Assembly: GCA_019894975.1 (NCBI GenBank)
Contig: JAGXNO010000012.1
Location: 11,081 to 75,080 of the forward strand
Source: Promethearchaeota archaeon
GTDB lineage: Archaea; Asgardarchaeota; Lokiarchaeia; Sigyniarchaeales; SOKP01
Direction of reading: 5' to 3'
Length of the DNA stretch: 64,000 nt
Part shown: positions 17,385 through 28,816 of the stretch, piece after piece
Layout of the letters: each line of letters begins with the position of its first letter
Position numbering within the stretch: position 1 is the stretch's first letter
The notes under the pieces: model-generated
The model's database searches: none
The model's input: only the letters and a program-made list of their open reading frames with translations
What the model was told of the DNA's origin: nothing
Translations under genes and position numbers: made by a program

Positions 17385-18902
17385 ATGAGTCGAAGTGCTA
17401 GGGTTAACCAAGTTATATTGATCATTCTAGATGATGTACGAGCAGAACATTTATTCAAATGGATGAAGGAAGGAAAGCTTCCAAACATTGCTCAACTCGC
17501 AGATAATGGTGTTTCATGTAAAAATACAGTTACATCATTTCCTAGTGTTACTTTACCTTGTTATGCAGACATCATAACTGGTTCTAATTCGGGATATTTT
17601 CCCAAAGAAGGAAGTGGGGTACCTAATTATCATTGGATTGATCGTACAATTCCCTCCTCGGTAAAAAAGAAACCACCTTTAATTCGTAATTACAGCGAAC
17701 GACGAGATGTATTAAAAATTAACAAAGATATTGGCAAGAATGTTAAAACAATATTTGAACAGGCAGGGGACGGGAACTTTTTAAGTGCAACCAGTTTTTT
17801 ATACAGAGGTTCTACTTTCACTACCTCAAAAGAATTCAAACCAGAATTGATCTTAAAAAGAATAGAAGATATTTACAATAATCCTAAAGAGCTTTTTTCT
17901 AACAAAGAGGTCCCAAAAGTTTCTGTAGGATATGTCCCTCATACTGACGACTTGATGCATAAGAAAGGATTTGATCATCCTGACTATATTAATTTGGTAA
18001 TTAGATGTGACGAGTTTATAGGATCTTTAATTAAAACACTTAAGGAAACAGGCTACTATGAGGATACAGCAATAGCTATTACTACTGATCACGGAAATTA
18101 TAAAGCTCCGAACATTTTTGACCTTGAACCTTTCTTTAAAGAGAAGGGTTTAAAACCTTATAATCCCATAAAAGGTTCAGGAGATTTTGACGCAAATCTT
18201 GGAGGTGTGGGATTTTTCAACTTTAGAGGAGATTCATGGTTCCATCATCCCACAGTTAATCAGATGAAGGAGTACAATACAAGCGAAATCGGTGCTACTA
18301 AGATGAATTTGTTTGAAATTCTTTGGGATATACCAGGTATTGAATTGATGTATTATAAAGATGATAATAATAATGCTGAAAAAGGTATTATCCATTTAGA
18401 GAGAAGAGATCTAAAAATAAATAAAATCTCAAGAGGAAGAATTGAATATTCTGGATATGGAAAACATCAGAAAACTAAATATGTGTTTGATGATGATGAT
18501 TTATTTGGATACGTTAATAGCGAAAAATCTTGCACACTTCTTGATAATAAATCTCATACAATAAATGAGTGGATTGAAGCAACTTATCAGACAAATTTTA
18601 TAAACTTAATAGATCAACTTCCACGTCATTTTAAAAACCCTCGTTCGTGTGATATAATGGTGTCTAACACAGGTTTATATAATTATAACTATGAACATGG
18701 ACATACTAAAGGTACTTCACCATTCTCTCATGATATTGCTAGTCAGAAATCTATGTTTGTACCGTTAATAATTGGAGGATCATTAGAAATCCCAAAAATG
18801 GAGCTTGAGGTCTGTAAAACAACAGATATAGTTCCCACCTTATTAGACTTATTAGGAAAGGAACCTCATTCAAGTGTATTAGGAGAATCAGTATTGAACT
18901 AA
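17385..18902 (+). CDS. Alkaline phosphatase superfamily / nucleotide pyrophosphatase-phosphodiesterase
   Basis: LIILDDVR, TSFPSVT, DDLMH, TTDHG, SHD, DIVPTLLDLLG. Confidence 0.85.
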   Translation: MSRSARVNQVILIILDDVRAEHLFKWMKEGKLPNIAQLADNGVSCKNTVTSFPSVTLPCYADIITGSNSGYFPKEGSGVPNYHWIDRTIPSSVKKKPPLIRNYSERRDVLKINKDIGKNVKTIFEQAGDGNFLSATSFLYRGSTFTTSKEFKPELILKRIEDIYNNPKELFSNKEVPKVSVGYVPHTDDLMHKKGFDHPDYINLVIRCDEFIGSLIKTLKETGYYEDTAIAITTDHGNYKAPNIFDLEPFFKEKGLKPYNPIKGSGDFDANLGGVGFFNFRGDSWFHHPTVNQMKEYNTSEIGATKMNLFEILWDIPGIELMYYKDDNNNAEKGIIHLERRDLKINKISRGRIEYSGYGKHQKTKYVFDDDDLFGYVNSEKSCTLLDNKSHTINEWIEATYQTNFINLIDQLPRHFKNPRSCDIMVSNTGLYNYNYEHGHTKGTSPFSHDIASQKSMFVPLIIGGSLEIPKMELEVCKTTDIVPTLLDLLGKEPHSSVLGESVLN

Positions 18903-19021
18903 TAGCAATAAGACTAATTACTTTAATCTCTTTATTTTTTTACTTTGGTACATCCAATTAATTTTTATTAAAGAAATCTTTTACAAACTCAATTAGGATT
19001 TTCTATTAAATATTTTTTATT

Positions 19022-21811
19022 ATGAAAGCAAATCACATTACTCTTGTTTCCGAAACTCATTGGGATAGGGAATGGTACTTACCTTTTCAAGAATTTCGAG
19101 CTAGACTTGTATTACTGATGGATAGATTACTAAATATTCTAAAAACAGACCCAGATTTTAAAAATTTCACATTAGATGGGCAAACTATTCCATTGGAGGA
19201 TTATTTAGAGGTAAGACCTGAAAGAAAAGCAGAAATTAAAAAATATGTTAATGAAGGAAGGCTTTCTATTGGACCTATGTATGTACTACCTGATGAATTT
19301 CTTGTTAGTGGTGAATCCTTAATAAGAAATCTTATGATCGGACATCAGATTAGTAGGAAATTTGGGAAGTTTATGAAAGCAGGATATATACCTGATCCTT
19401 TTGGACATATTGCACAACTACCTCAGATAATAAGCGGATGTGAAATACCCTCAATATTATTAATGCGCGGCTTTGGTAATGAATTTGAAGAAAACAATTT
19501 AAATATGGAATTTGTCTGGAATTCTCCAGGGAACGCAACCTCTGTGTTAGGGATACATCTCATTTTAACCTACCATAATTTAGCATATTTGAATACAAAA
19601 ACTATAAAAGGTGAGTTCAAGCCAGCATTAAGAAGGATCAAAAATGTTGTATTAGATTTCGAGAAACACATCGCAACACCTAATATTTTGTTAAATAATG
19701 GAATTGATCATGAGGAAGCGACCCCAGAAATTCCAAAAATAATAGAACAATGGAATAAATTGTATCCTGAAACTCCTATAGAGCAGGCAGATTTTGAGTA
19801 TTATGTTAATAAGGTAATGGAATCAGGTGCAGAACTGAAAGAGTACCAGGGGGAATTAAGAGGTGGAAAATACTCACCACTCTTGTCGGGGGTATTTTCA
19901 GCGCGAATGTGGATAAAGCAAAGAAATACCGCGATTGAGTATTTATATGAGAAATATACTGAACCACTATCAACTCTAAGTTGGGTACTCGATAAATATG
20001 AAAATTTCATATATCCAAAGGATTATATTTTAACTGGTCTAAAATGGTTGCAGAAAAATGCACCCCATGATAGTATTTGTGGTTGTAGTATAGATGAGGT
20101 TCATAATGAGATGAAGACTCGTTATGATTGGGCTGAGCAGATAGGTGAAGAAGTTTATAAGAACTCTTTTTTATACTTAGCTGAACTCATAAACCCTCAT
20201 TCTAATTATGAAGGTCGAAGTGTTTTAATTATATTCAACCCTCTTCCGTGGAAGAGAAAAGATATTGTTGAATTTAATTCAATCTCAAAAAAAACGACGG
20301 GTGAAAGATTACCTTTTAATATTAAATTAATTGACTCTGAGGAGAATGAAATTGAATTTCAATATTGTCGTGTTGAAGAACAACCAAGATTTACACGAAA
20401 GCAAGGAGTTAGCCACAAAATCTCATTTTTAGCAGAGGTTCCCGCTTTTGGTTATAGAGTTTATTACCTCTTTCCTGTAGAGTCTGAGAACTCTTTTGAT
20501 CTTAATACAAAAGATTTTAAAATTACTAAAGATTTCTTAGAAAACGAATTTTATCTTGTTGAAATTAAGTCAAACGGCTTAATTAACGTTAAAGATAAGG
20601 ATACGGGTATAATATATGAGAATGTATGTGAATTCGAAGATATGGGAGATTGGGGAGATGAATACGACTTTTCTGGTCCGAAAGAGAATCAAACAGATTT
20701 AAGATTCTCAACTGAAGATGCTGCTCTTTTTGAGAAGTCTGTGTACATTAATGGCCCGACTCAAAAAACCTTCAAGTTAAGATTGAATTTAAAGTTACCT
20801 TATTCTCTTACGGAGGATCGATATAATAGAGAAGAATGGTTGGTTGATAATAAGATAACGGTTTTTATAACCTTATATAAAGCAATTAAGCGAATAGATT
20901 TTAAAATTGAGTTTGAGAATAATAGTCGAGATCATAGAATTCGTGTATTGTTTCCTACTATGATAAAATCTGATGTAGTTCATGCTGATGGTCATTTTTA
21001 TGTAGTCCCAAGGAGCATTAAACTACCTAAAGCGGTAAAATGGGTTCAAGACCCTTTACCTACTAATCATCAAAAAGATTTTGTATCGATTAGTGATAAT
21101 TCAAAAACTTTTGCTGTATTAAATAAAGGTTTACCGGAATATGAAGCAATTATTAATGATGATAAAACAATAACATTTGCGATTACTCTTCTGCGATGTG
21201 TTGAATGGTTGTCTCGTGATGATTTCAGCTCAAGAAGATCTCATGCAGGTCCAGGTTATAAAACTCCTGGAGCACAATGCTTGGGTGAACATGCTTTTCA
21301 AATATCGGTTACTACTGAATCAAAATCAAGCTGGTTAGATTCAAATATTCATCAACGGGGAAAACAATTTAACAATCCATTAAAACTAATATTTCCGGCG
21401 ATGGCTCAAAGTGCTCTTAGAACTTCTAATAAAGTTATGTTAAATCCATCTGGGGAGCTTTCCTATGCGGGTGGATCTAAAACAAAACCAATTAAATCTT
21501 ACCTTCCTCCCTCCTTATCATTTCTTAACATTGATAATAGGTATATAGCTTTAAGCGCCTTAAAAAAGGCAGAGGAGGGGAATGATATTATTCTTAGAAT
21601 CTTTAATATCTCATCTAAATCTCAAAATACAAGATTAACCTTCTACGAGAAAATCTTAATTAGGAATGCCGAAATTGTTAACCTCCTTGAAGAGAAACCG
21701 AAGAATGAAATTAAAGCAACAATTAATAATTATAATCAGAACAATCTTGATATAGAATTAAAACCTCATGTAATAGTTACTTTAAAAATTGACTATGAAT
21801 TAATTCATTAA
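19022..21811 (+). CDS. GH38 alpha-mannosidase (MngB-like)
   Basis: THWDREWY, LDGQ, PDEFLVSGESL, PDPFGH, NGIDH, PHDSICGCSIDEVH, DHRIRVLFP. Confidence 0.93.
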   Translation: MKANHITLVSETHWDREWYLPFQEFRARLVLLMDRLLNILKTDPDFKNFTLDGQTIPLEDYLEVRPERKAEIKKYVNEGRLSIGPMYVLPDEFLVSGESLIRNLMIGHQISRKFGKFMKAGYIPDPFGHIAQLPQIISGCEIPSILLMRGFGNEFEENNLNMEFVWNSPGNATSVLGIHLILTYHNLAYLNTKTIKGEFKPALRRIKNVVLDFEKHIATPNILLNNGIDHEEATPEIPKIIEQWNKLYPETPIEQADFEYYVNKVMESGAELKEYQGELRGGKYSPLLSGVFSARMWIKQRNTAIEYLYEKYTEPLSTLSWVLDKYENFIYPKDYILTGLKWLQKNAPHDSICGCSIDEVHNEMKTRYDWAEQIGEEVYKNSFLYLAELINPHSNYEGRSVLIIFNPLPWKRKDIVEFNSISKKTTGERLPFNIKLIDSEENEIEFQYCRVEEQPRFTRKQGVSHKISFLAEVPAFGYRVYYLFPVESENSFDLNTKDFKITKDFLENEFYLVEIKSNGLINVKDKDTGIIYENVCEFEDMGDWGDEYDFSGPKENQTDLRFSTEDAALFEKSVYINGPTQKTFKLRLNLKLPYSLTEDRYNREEWLVDNKITVFITLYKAIKRIDFKIEFENNSRDHRIRVLFPTMIKSDVVHADGHFYVVPRSIKLPKAVKWVQDPLPTNHQKDFVSISDNSKTFAVLNKGLPEYEAIINDDKTITFAITLLRCVEWLSRDDFSSRRSHAGPGYKTPGAQCLGEHAFQISVTTESKSSWLDSNIHQRGKQFNNPLKLIFPAMAQSALRTSNKVMLNPSGELSYAGGSKTKPIKSYLPPSLSFLNIDNRYIALSALKKAEEGNDIILRIFNISSKSQNTRLTFYEKILIRNAEIVNLLEEKPKNEIKATINNYNQNNLDIELKPHVIVTLKIDYELIH

Positions 21812-21839
21812 AAAAATCTGCTAAAAAGCATAGTCTCTT

Positions 21840-23525
21840 TTATAGAAATCCGTATGATGGGAAAAATACAACCATCATCCAAGCATAGAAGATCGATATA
21901 AAGATCGTGGAGCTTAGAATATTTCTTGAATGGATATAAACCCAGGTAACAGTGCAATTTTGGATAATTGAAAAAATAACCCACGCTAACATGTAGAGTG
22001 CATAAGGAGGTAAATATGCTAAATTCATTTTTCCCACAAGAATAATCGTAACTATGAGGAAATTATCTATAAAGATACCTATACCAGCCATGATAAAATA
22101 TTCCTCATATTTATATGATGTGTTTAGTTTCCCTTGGATGCTCCTAAAATAAAACTCTCTAATAAAGAAAAAGGGGAGTGATATTATTGTAATTAGGATA
22201 ATTGACCCAACTCCTCTTAATGTTGGTAAAGTATTTTGAACAGACCAGTGCCAAATTGCGGCTATTGATAAAATTGAAATTAGTGCTATAGTAGCGCCAA
22301 ATATTATTGAATGACGAGGTTTTAATGAAATCAATTCCTTCACTCTTCGAAAAAAGTCCTTTATACTATATTTTTCTCCCGTGTTCAACAGAATGAGATT
22401 ATATATTAGAAAAGATCCAATTGCGGCTCCAATAATAAGGATTAAAGTAATATTAGTTGTAGAGAGGGTAAAAAGATCTTCAGAAAGGGTTGATAAGAAT
22501 AAAAAGAAAGTAATTTGAATTAATTCAACAGGGAAAGTATAATATATTATAAGTTTGTGAATTGATATTTTTTTATCTACATCGGATATCCTTGTTTCAA
22601 GTACAGCCTTTTTATGCTTAAAGATAAAATGCCCTAAATAAACCACTAGAATTGAATTAAGTGCTATAATACCCGCAAGAGAGAAATAAGAAAAGAATTG
22701 AAGGGCGGGAGCAGTGATAAAAATATTATCACCCTTTTCCCCATTAAAAGCTTGTTCAAGCCATTGAACAGTTTGATAAATAGTAGTATAGTCAACTATT
22801 TCAGTCCAATGGTCAGCAAATGGACTTATAAAGGCTTTTGTGTTGTTTCCATTAGTAAAATCTCCATCGTATATGACTCCGACTTCCACATCTTCCCTTC
22901 CAGTATATATCCTTAAAACATTAAGCATTGTTTCTTCTGTCAATCCTGGATCAAATCTTCCGGAGACCATTAAAAGGTTTGATATGTTTGTAACTACCGT
23001 AGAAATACCCCCAATTGCAATTGTAGTATTTATTCTATTGGGATAAGTATTAGAAAGAGCTAATGCTGTATATGCACCCAATGAATGCCCAACAAGACCA
23101 ATTTCTGTAATGTATGGTAAATTATAGTCTAAATAATCCGCCGCAGCCTTCATATCTAATTTTAATTTACTTCTATCAAAAAAGCCCCCAGAAGCACCAT
23201 GACCTCTGAAGTCTAAATTTATTACTGTAAATCCTCTTTTAGCTATTTCTATGCTTATCGGTTGCATATTAAGTTTATTTCCAAAAAAACCGTGGGCAAC
23301 AACTACTCCACCATGACTTTTTTCTCCTTTTGGAGTATATTGAAAAGCGCTTATATAAACCCCGTCTTCAGTTTCAAGAGCTAATGGTTTAATAGTATAT
23401 GATTGTTTTAATTCAGGAAAAAAGGTGAGAAAAAATAATGGAACTACCCCAATTAAAATTATAACAATACTTACAAAGAGCGCAAATTTTGTTCTATTAG
23501 ATGTTAACCTTTTTAGATTCACCAA
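21840..23525 (-). CDS. Membrane-bound alpha/beta hydrolase
   Basis: N-terminal TM; VVVAHGF, DFRGHGAS, GHSLG nucleophile elbow; multi-TM C-terminal half. Confidence 0.85.
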   Translation of the reverse strand: MVNLKRLTSNRTKFALFVSIVIILIGVVPLFFLTFFPELKQSYTIKPLALETEDGVYISAFQYTPKGEKSHGGVVVAHGFFGNKLNMQPISIEIAKRGFTVINLDFRGHGASGGFFDRSKLKLDMKAAADYLDYNLPYITEIGLVGHSLGAYTALALSNTYPNRINTTIAIGGISTVVTNISNLLMVSGRFDPGLTEETMLNVLRIYTGREDVEVGVIYDGDFTNGNNTKAFISPFADHWTEIVDYTTIYQTVQWLEQAFNGEKGDNIFITAPALQFFSYFSLAGIIALNSILVVYLGHFIFKHKKAVLETRISDVDKKISIHKLIIYYTFPVELIQITFFLFLSTLSEDLFTLSTTNITLILIIGAAIGSFLIYNLILLNTGEKYSIKDFFRRVKELISLKPRHSIIFGATIALISILSIAAIWHWSVQNTLPTLRGVGSIILITIISLPFFFIREFYFRSIQGKLNTSYKYEEYFIMAGIGIFIDNFLIVTIILVGKMNLAYLPPYALYMLAWVIFSIIQNCTVTWVYIHSRNILSSTIFISIFYAWMMVVFFPSYGFL

Positions 23526-23711
23526 GAAGTTTTTCTACTCTCGTTTTTAATTAATTCTTTTTAGTGAATTATTAATTAAAATTTCATATTCTCGAAACGC
23601 TATATAAAATAATTAAGAATCTTGATCATTTGAAATTACTTTTATTCTAGTAAAAACTTTTCTTTTATAGTCTAAAGGATTATCATTATTAATTAAAAAG
23701 AATAGTGCACT

Positions 23712-24782
23712 TTGATGAAATTTTCAGAATATATAAAGGAATACAAGTGGAAAATTAATGATGTAATTAAGTCTATTTATGATAAAAAACTTCAAAGTAT
23801 TAAAAATCCGTTCCTTAAAGAATATTATCTTGAATTGAAAGATTACTTTCTCGCGGGAGGTAAGAGAATTCGACCTTTATTATGCATAGCTACTTATAAT
23901 GCTTTTAAGGATAAAAAGGATGAAAATATTATATATCCAAGTGTAGGAACTGAATTCTTGCATAATGCATCTCTTATTCATGATGATATTATTGATAAAG
24001 ATGATTTTAGAAGAGGGAAACCAGCTTTTCACTTTCGGTTTCAGAATTACCACCAAAATTATAACTTAAAAAAAATGGAAGCTCAGGAATTCGGAAATTC
24101 TATAGGAATAATAGGAGGGGATTCAGCTTTCATTATGGGTTTGGAAGCTTATTTTTTTAATAACTTTGATAAAGAATTCAACTTGCAAGCAATAAAATAT
24201 TATGAACAAGCATTTTTAGATATAATTAGCGGAGTTTTAATCGAAACTGATATGGTAAATCAAACAGACCTCACACTTTCAGATTATATTGAGATGGTAT
24301 CTTTAAAAACTGGAGCTTTAATTGAAAAATCGATTTTAATAGGTGCAAACTATGCTAATGTTAGCGAAGAATTCATCAAATACCTTTCAATCTATGGAAC
24401 AAATGTTGGTATTATTTTTCAGATAATTGATGATATCTTAGGGACTTTTGGAGATGAAAATATTACAGGTAAACCAACTGATGGAGATATTCGAGAAAAT
24501 AAATTAACCGCTTTAAAAATCAATGCTTTAAACGGATTAAATGACTCGAAAAAAAGTCAACTTTTAAAATTGCTTGAGAATCCTAATATGAATAAAGATG
24601 ATGTTGAAAAAGTTAAAGAACTATTTATTGAAGCAGACGCTATTAATTCATGTAAAGAGTTGGCAAATAAATACTATCAAAAAGCAAGTTCATCTCTAGA
24701 TGATTTAAAATCGACAATCAATCAGTCTGAAGCAGAATTTTTCGAAAATTTATTGAATTTTGTTATAGAGAGAAAATTCTAA
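23712..24782 (+). CDS. idsA: Polyprenyl diphosphate synthase (GGPP synthase)
   Basis: GGKRIRP, HDDIIDKDDFRRG (FARM), KTG, FQIIDDILG (SARM). Confidence 0.92.
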   Translation: MMKFSEYIKEYKWKINDVIKSIYDKKLQSIKNPFLKEYYLELKDYFLAGGKRIRPLLCIATYNAFKDKKDENIIYPSVGTEFLHNASLIHDDIIDKDDFRRGKPAFHFRFQNYHQNYNLKKMEAQEFGNSIGIIGGDSAFIMGLEAYFFNNFDKEFNLQAIKYYEQAFLDIISGVLIETDMVNQTDLTLSDYIEMVSLKTGALIEKSILIGANYANVSEEFIKYLSIYGTNVGIIFQIIDDILGTFGDENITGKPTDGDIRENKLTALKINALNGLNDSKKSQLLKLLENPNMNKDDVEKVKELFIEADAINSCKELANKYYQKASSSLDDLKSTINQSEAEFFENLLNFVIERKF

Positions 24783-24903
24783 GAAGAAAATATCTTTTTT
24801 TCTTAATTTAATATAGAAAAAGATAAGAACTAAAAATCATAGAAGAAATATTAAGCTCAATGAAAAGTGTATACCTTTATTAAAACATTTGGGATGGATT
24901 TGA

Positions 24904-25452
24904 ATGTTAATCGCTATTACTGGAGCCACTGGTGTAGATTTAGCAGTTAAGATCTTAGAAACTCTGAAAGAAAAGAACATTAAGGTTTCTTTAATAATTT
25001 CTAAAATTGCAGAAAAAATAATCAATATTGAAACCGATTACGATATATCTGAAATTCGTGAATTAGCAGATAATAATTACGATGTAGATGATTTATTAGC
25101 TCCTCCTGCAAGTGGTTCCTTTAAGATAGATACTATGATAGTAATTCCTTGCTCAATGAAAACCTTATCAGCAATCGCAAATGGCTATGCAAATAATCTA
25201 ATTTCGAGAGCTGCTGATGTAATGATAAAAGAAAAGAGAAAATTAGTATTAGTAGTAAGAGAGACGCCTTTTAATGCTATACACCTTGAGAACATGCTTA
25301 AATTAGCGAGATTGGGAGTGATTATTAATCCACCTATCCCTTCATATTATATAAAACCTAAAAGCGTTGACCAACTCATTGAATACACCATTGGGAGGAT
25401 TTTAGATCAAATTGGTATTGACAGTGACATCCCACGATGGGGATCAATCTGA
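24904..25452 (+). CDS. ubiX: Flavin prenyltransferase UbiX
   Basis: IAITGATG, ASGS, PCSMKTLSAIANG, RAADV..KEKR, RETP. Confidence 0.95.
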   Translation: MLIAITGATGVDLAVKILETLKEKNIKVSLIISKIAEKIINIETDYDISEIRELADNNYDVDDLLAPPASGSFKIDTMIVIPCSMKTLSAIANGYANNLISRAADVMIKEKRKLVLVVRETPFNAIHLENMLKLARLGVIINPPIPSYYIKPKSVDQLIEYTIGRILDQIGIDSDIPRWGSI

Positions 25453-25514
25453 GAAGTATAAAATTAACTTTTAAATTTTTTAAATCAATAGTTCTACTAC
25501 ATAGGGGAAATTAA

Positions 25515-25898
25515 GTGAAAATACTCCAAGATATTTGGATAATACATAAATCGGGAATAGTGATCTTTCACAGAGCTTTTACAGAGTCTATGTCGCCTCA
25601 GGCATTTGGAGCTATGATGAGTGCACTTAACTCTTTTGCAGAGCAATTGACTGAAGGAGGATTATCTAATTTTGAACTATATAACAAAAAATTTACAATA
25701 GTTAAGAAACTTTATCTTACGTTTATAGCTAATTCATCAAAAGAATATAATCAGAAAAAAATTAATCGCGAATTAGAAAAAATATCAAAGAAATTCTTAA
25801 AGTCCTACTCTAAGGACTTAGAAAATTATCAAGGTCAGATAGGAGCATTCACTCAGTTTGAACAATTAATTAAAGATTCCTTAGAGGAAAGTACCTAA
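25515..25898 (+). CDS. Stand-alone longin-like domain protein
   Basis: IWIIHKSGIVIF...FGAMMSALNSFAEQL...LEKISKKF..Y; same pattern as the C-terminal domains at 6154 and 7361. Confidence 0.7.
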   Translation: MKILQDIWIIHKSGIVIFHRAFTESMSPQAFGAMMSALNSFAEQLTEGGLSNFELYNKKFTIVKKLYLTFIANSSKEYNQKKINRELEKISKKFLKSYSKDLENYQGQIGAFTQFEQLIKDSLEEST

Positions 25899-25913
25899 AA
25901 AAGTTTGATATAA

Positions 25914-27032
25914 TCATTGGTTCAACCATCTATAAAATTCACCAAGAATTACAAATTTATCATTATTATTTTTTAGTTTAGTTATATTATCTAGATTCAA
26001 TAACCATAGACATGAACGTAGCTCATTTTTTAACGTTTTTATTTCTTTAACTGTATTAGAGATAGTATTAGCTTTTCGATCTTTCCATGCAGATTGAAGA
26101 AAGTTATAAGCAAACCCTCCAACATCAGCCCCTAATGCTAAAGATTTAGCAATGTCTATACCTGTTCTTAATCCCCCTGTAGCAATTATTATTTTTTGAG
26201 AAACTTTTCTAACATATATGATACTAATTGGTGTTGGGATTCCCCATTCTCTAAAGGTTTCCGCAGGATCTCGAGTAAATTTTTGATTATTGAAGTTTTT
26301 TCTTTTTGATTCAATTGCCGCAAAACTCGTTCCACCTGCTCCTCCGATATCAAAACCATCAAATCCCAGTTTATCAAGGTTTAATGCTAAATCTTGGTTA
26401 AAGCCGGTTCCAACCTCTTTTGCAATTATTGGAATATCATAGGTTTCTCGGATGTTCTTAAAATTTCTACGAAAGAGTTTATACGATATATCCCCTTTGT
26501 CTTGAACCAATTCATGTAGAATGTTTAGATGAATCGCCATTACATCAGCATTTACCATTTCTATACATCTCTTGAAATTTTCAACTTTAAAATCTTCACT
26601 ACTGACTTGGCCAATTCCAATGTTTCCAATTATGGGTATAGTAGGTGCGACTTTACGGGTAATCTCAAATGAATCTAATAAAGTAGAATCTTCAATTCCA
26701 GCACGTTGACTTCCGACACTCATAATAATATTTTCTTCCTCTGCCGCTTTTGCTAGTATTTCATTAATCTCTTTTGAGACGGGATGACCACCAGTAATTG
26801 CAGAGATACAGATTGGAGCAGAAATTATCTTATCATAGAATTTCATAGTAAGATCAATTTCGTCAAAATCTATGTCTGGAACAGGGTGATGTATTAGTTT
26901 CATATCCCTAAAATAATTTTTAGAATGTTGTACGTCATATTCTAAGGCTATTCTGAGATGTTCTATTTTTCTGTCCATTATCTCTTTCGGGTTATTCTCC
27001 TTTGACATTTCTTTCCTCTCTATTTCAGTCAT
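25914..27032 (-). CDS. fni: Type 2 isopentenyl-diphosphate delta-isomerase
   Basis: RKIEHL, SAITGG, VGSQR, GNIG, HLN..HE, KEVGTG, GAGGTSF, ATGGLRTG. Confidence 0.95.
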   Translation of the reverse strand: MTEIERKEMSKENNPKEIMDRKIEHLRIALEYDVQHSKNYFRDMKLIHHPVPDIDFDEIDLTMKFYDKIISAPICISAITGGHPVSKEINEILAKAAEEENIIMSVGSQRAGIEDSTLLDSFEITRKVAPTIPIIGNIGIGQVSSEDFKVENFKRCIEMVNADVMAIHLNILHELVQDKGDISYKLFRRNFKNIRETYDIPIIAKEVGTGFNQDLALNLDKLGFDGFDIGGAGGTSFAAIESKRKNFNNQKFTRDPAETFREWGIPTPISIIYVRKVSQKIIIATGGLRTGIDIAKSLALGADVGGFAYNFLQSAWKDRKANTISNTVKEIKTLKNELRSCLWLLNLDNITKLKNNNDKFVILGEFYRWLNQ

Positions 27033-27048
27033 TTTAATAAAAACAATC

Positions 27049-27888
27049 CTAATTGTTAATTTTTACTACTGTACAAATTACACTTTGATTTTTTAATGAT
27101 TTGAATATATAATTTTTCTTCAACCCATTCAGAATTTGTACAAGAATATTGAAATTACAGATATCCTTAATTGAGTTAATTTTTCCTTTAATCCCTCCTG
27201 TAACATCGATTTTTTGTCCTAAATCTGCTAAATTCAAAGAGTTTAAATCACTTGAAAGGATTTCAGGTACAAGTTTAATATTTTTATTCTTATTATCTTG
27301 AGTATTAATGAATATTCCATCAGTTTCTATAGCGAAAATAACTTTTGAGATACGATATTTCTTTAATTCTTCACATAACTTGAAAATAATTTGATCTCCT
27401 GAAATTATAGAAAATGAACCTTGTTTATCAAAAATAATATCTCCATATAAAATTGGAAGTATATTAAGGTCTAACATAGTTTCAATTATATCAAGTGAGT
27501 TATTTATCGTATTACCTGAGTCATTTATAAAAATACTTGAGGGTTGAATCGATAAAGCAGGATAATTCCTTTCTAAAAACAAGTTAACTAGATAAGAATT
27601 AAATTTAACCATAGCCTGATGAGTCTCAGTTAATCCAAAAATTTGATTTGGGACAGATGTATTTAACCCATTCAAAATTTCATATTTTTTTGCGAGTGGA
27701 TGCCCAAAAGAACCACCGCCATGGATTAAAATAATTTTTGCATTAGCATTAATTATTTGATCGACTGCGCTCTTAACTATTTCTTCTCTGACAGATAAGG
27801 GTTTTTCTTTATCAGTGAGTAACCCCCCACCTAATTTTAAAAGTATCACATCGTTTTCTTCTTTCAAATTCAACTCTCTCTTATCCAA
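27049..27888 (-). CDS. ipk: Isopentenyl phosphate kinase
   Basis: LKLGGGLLTDK, IHGGGSFGH, YGD, SGDQI, DVTGGIKGK. Confidence 0.93.
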   Translation of the reverse strand: MDKRELNLKEENDVILLKLGGGLLTDKEKPLSVREEIVKSAVDQIINANAKIILIHGGGSFGHPLAKKYEILNGLNTSVPNQIFGLTETHQAMVKFNSYLVNLFLERNYPALSIQPSSIFINDSGNTINNSLDIIETMLDLNILPILYGDIIFDKQGSFSIISGDQIIFKLCEELKKYRISKVIFAIETDGIFINTQDNKNKNIKLVPEILSSDLNSLNLADLGQKIDVTGGIKGKINSIKDICNFNILVQILNGLKKNYIFKSLKNQSVICTVVKINN

Positions 27889-28816
27889 TCATAGTTTTCC
27901 AGGCATCATATCCTTTAGTCTCGATTGCTTTAGAAATTTTTAATTGAGATTCTTCATTTTCTGCCACAGCAATAACTAAACCACCTCGGCCTGTTCCCGT
28001 CATTTTAGCCCCGAGTGCTCCGGTTTGTAATGCTATATCAACTAACTTTTCATTCGCTTCTCCTGAAACCGTAATTTCCCTAAGAAGATTTTGGTTTTCA
28101 TTCATTAATGTTCCTGTTTTATTAATATCCCCATTAATTAATGCAACTTTTGCTTCTTCAGCTATGATCTTATATTTTTTAAAAATTTTTTCAAACTTTT
28201 CTGGATTTTCTTCCTTCAAACGTCGAACATCAGCAACGACTTCTGTCGTAGATGCTGTGATTCCTGAATTTGCTATGACGAGATGCATTTTTTTAGAAGC
28301 TTTCATACGATCCATAGTATTTTTACTCCCACTCAAACTTTTTATGAACCATATTAATCCCCCATAAGTGGAAGCAGTATTATCAATTCCAGAAGGAGTT
28401 CCATGGTAAGCTTTTTCTCCTTCATATGCAGTTTTGTTTATTTTTTCATCATCCAACTTAAGATCAAAAGTATCATTAAACGCACGAGCCAAGGATGTAC
28501 ATTGAGCTGCAGAAGCACCCACACCACTTGCAGCCATTAAATTGCCTTTGAATGTTATCTCGAGTTTCTGATTTGTTATATCTATATTTAAATGCTCGAT
28601 TACATTTTGTATAGAACGCATAGCTTCATCTTTTTTTTTCTTTTTATATCCGGGAGTAGCAGGTCTTTGATCGTCTACAGTCCACCCATTACCTTCTACA
28701 ACTTTAACATTTGCAATTGTATAGGTATCTAATGCTGATGCAATTGCTGGAAGTCCATAAACGACAAAATGTTCCCCGAATAAGATAGTCTTCCCATATC
28801 CTTTCCCTATACCCAT
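27881..28816 (-). CDS. mvk: Mevalonate kinase
   Basis: GKTILFGEHFVVYG.PAI, SGVGASAA, HGTPSGID, GAKMTGTGRGG. Confidence 0.93.
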   Translation of the reverse strand: MGIGKGYGKTILFGEHFVVYGLPAIASALDTYTIANVKVVEGNGWTVDDQRPATPGYKKKKKDEAMRSIQNVIEHLNIDITNQKLEITFKGNLMAASGVGASAAQCTSLARAFNDTFDLKLDDEKINKTAYEGEKAYHGTPSGIDNTASTYGGLIWFIKSLSGSKNTMDRMKASKKMHLVIANSGITASTTEVVADVRRLKEENPEKFEKIFKKYKIIAEEAKVALINGDINKTGTLMNENQNLLREITVSGEANEKLVDIALQTGALGAKMTGTGRGGLVIAVAENEESQLKISKAIETKGYDAWKTMIG

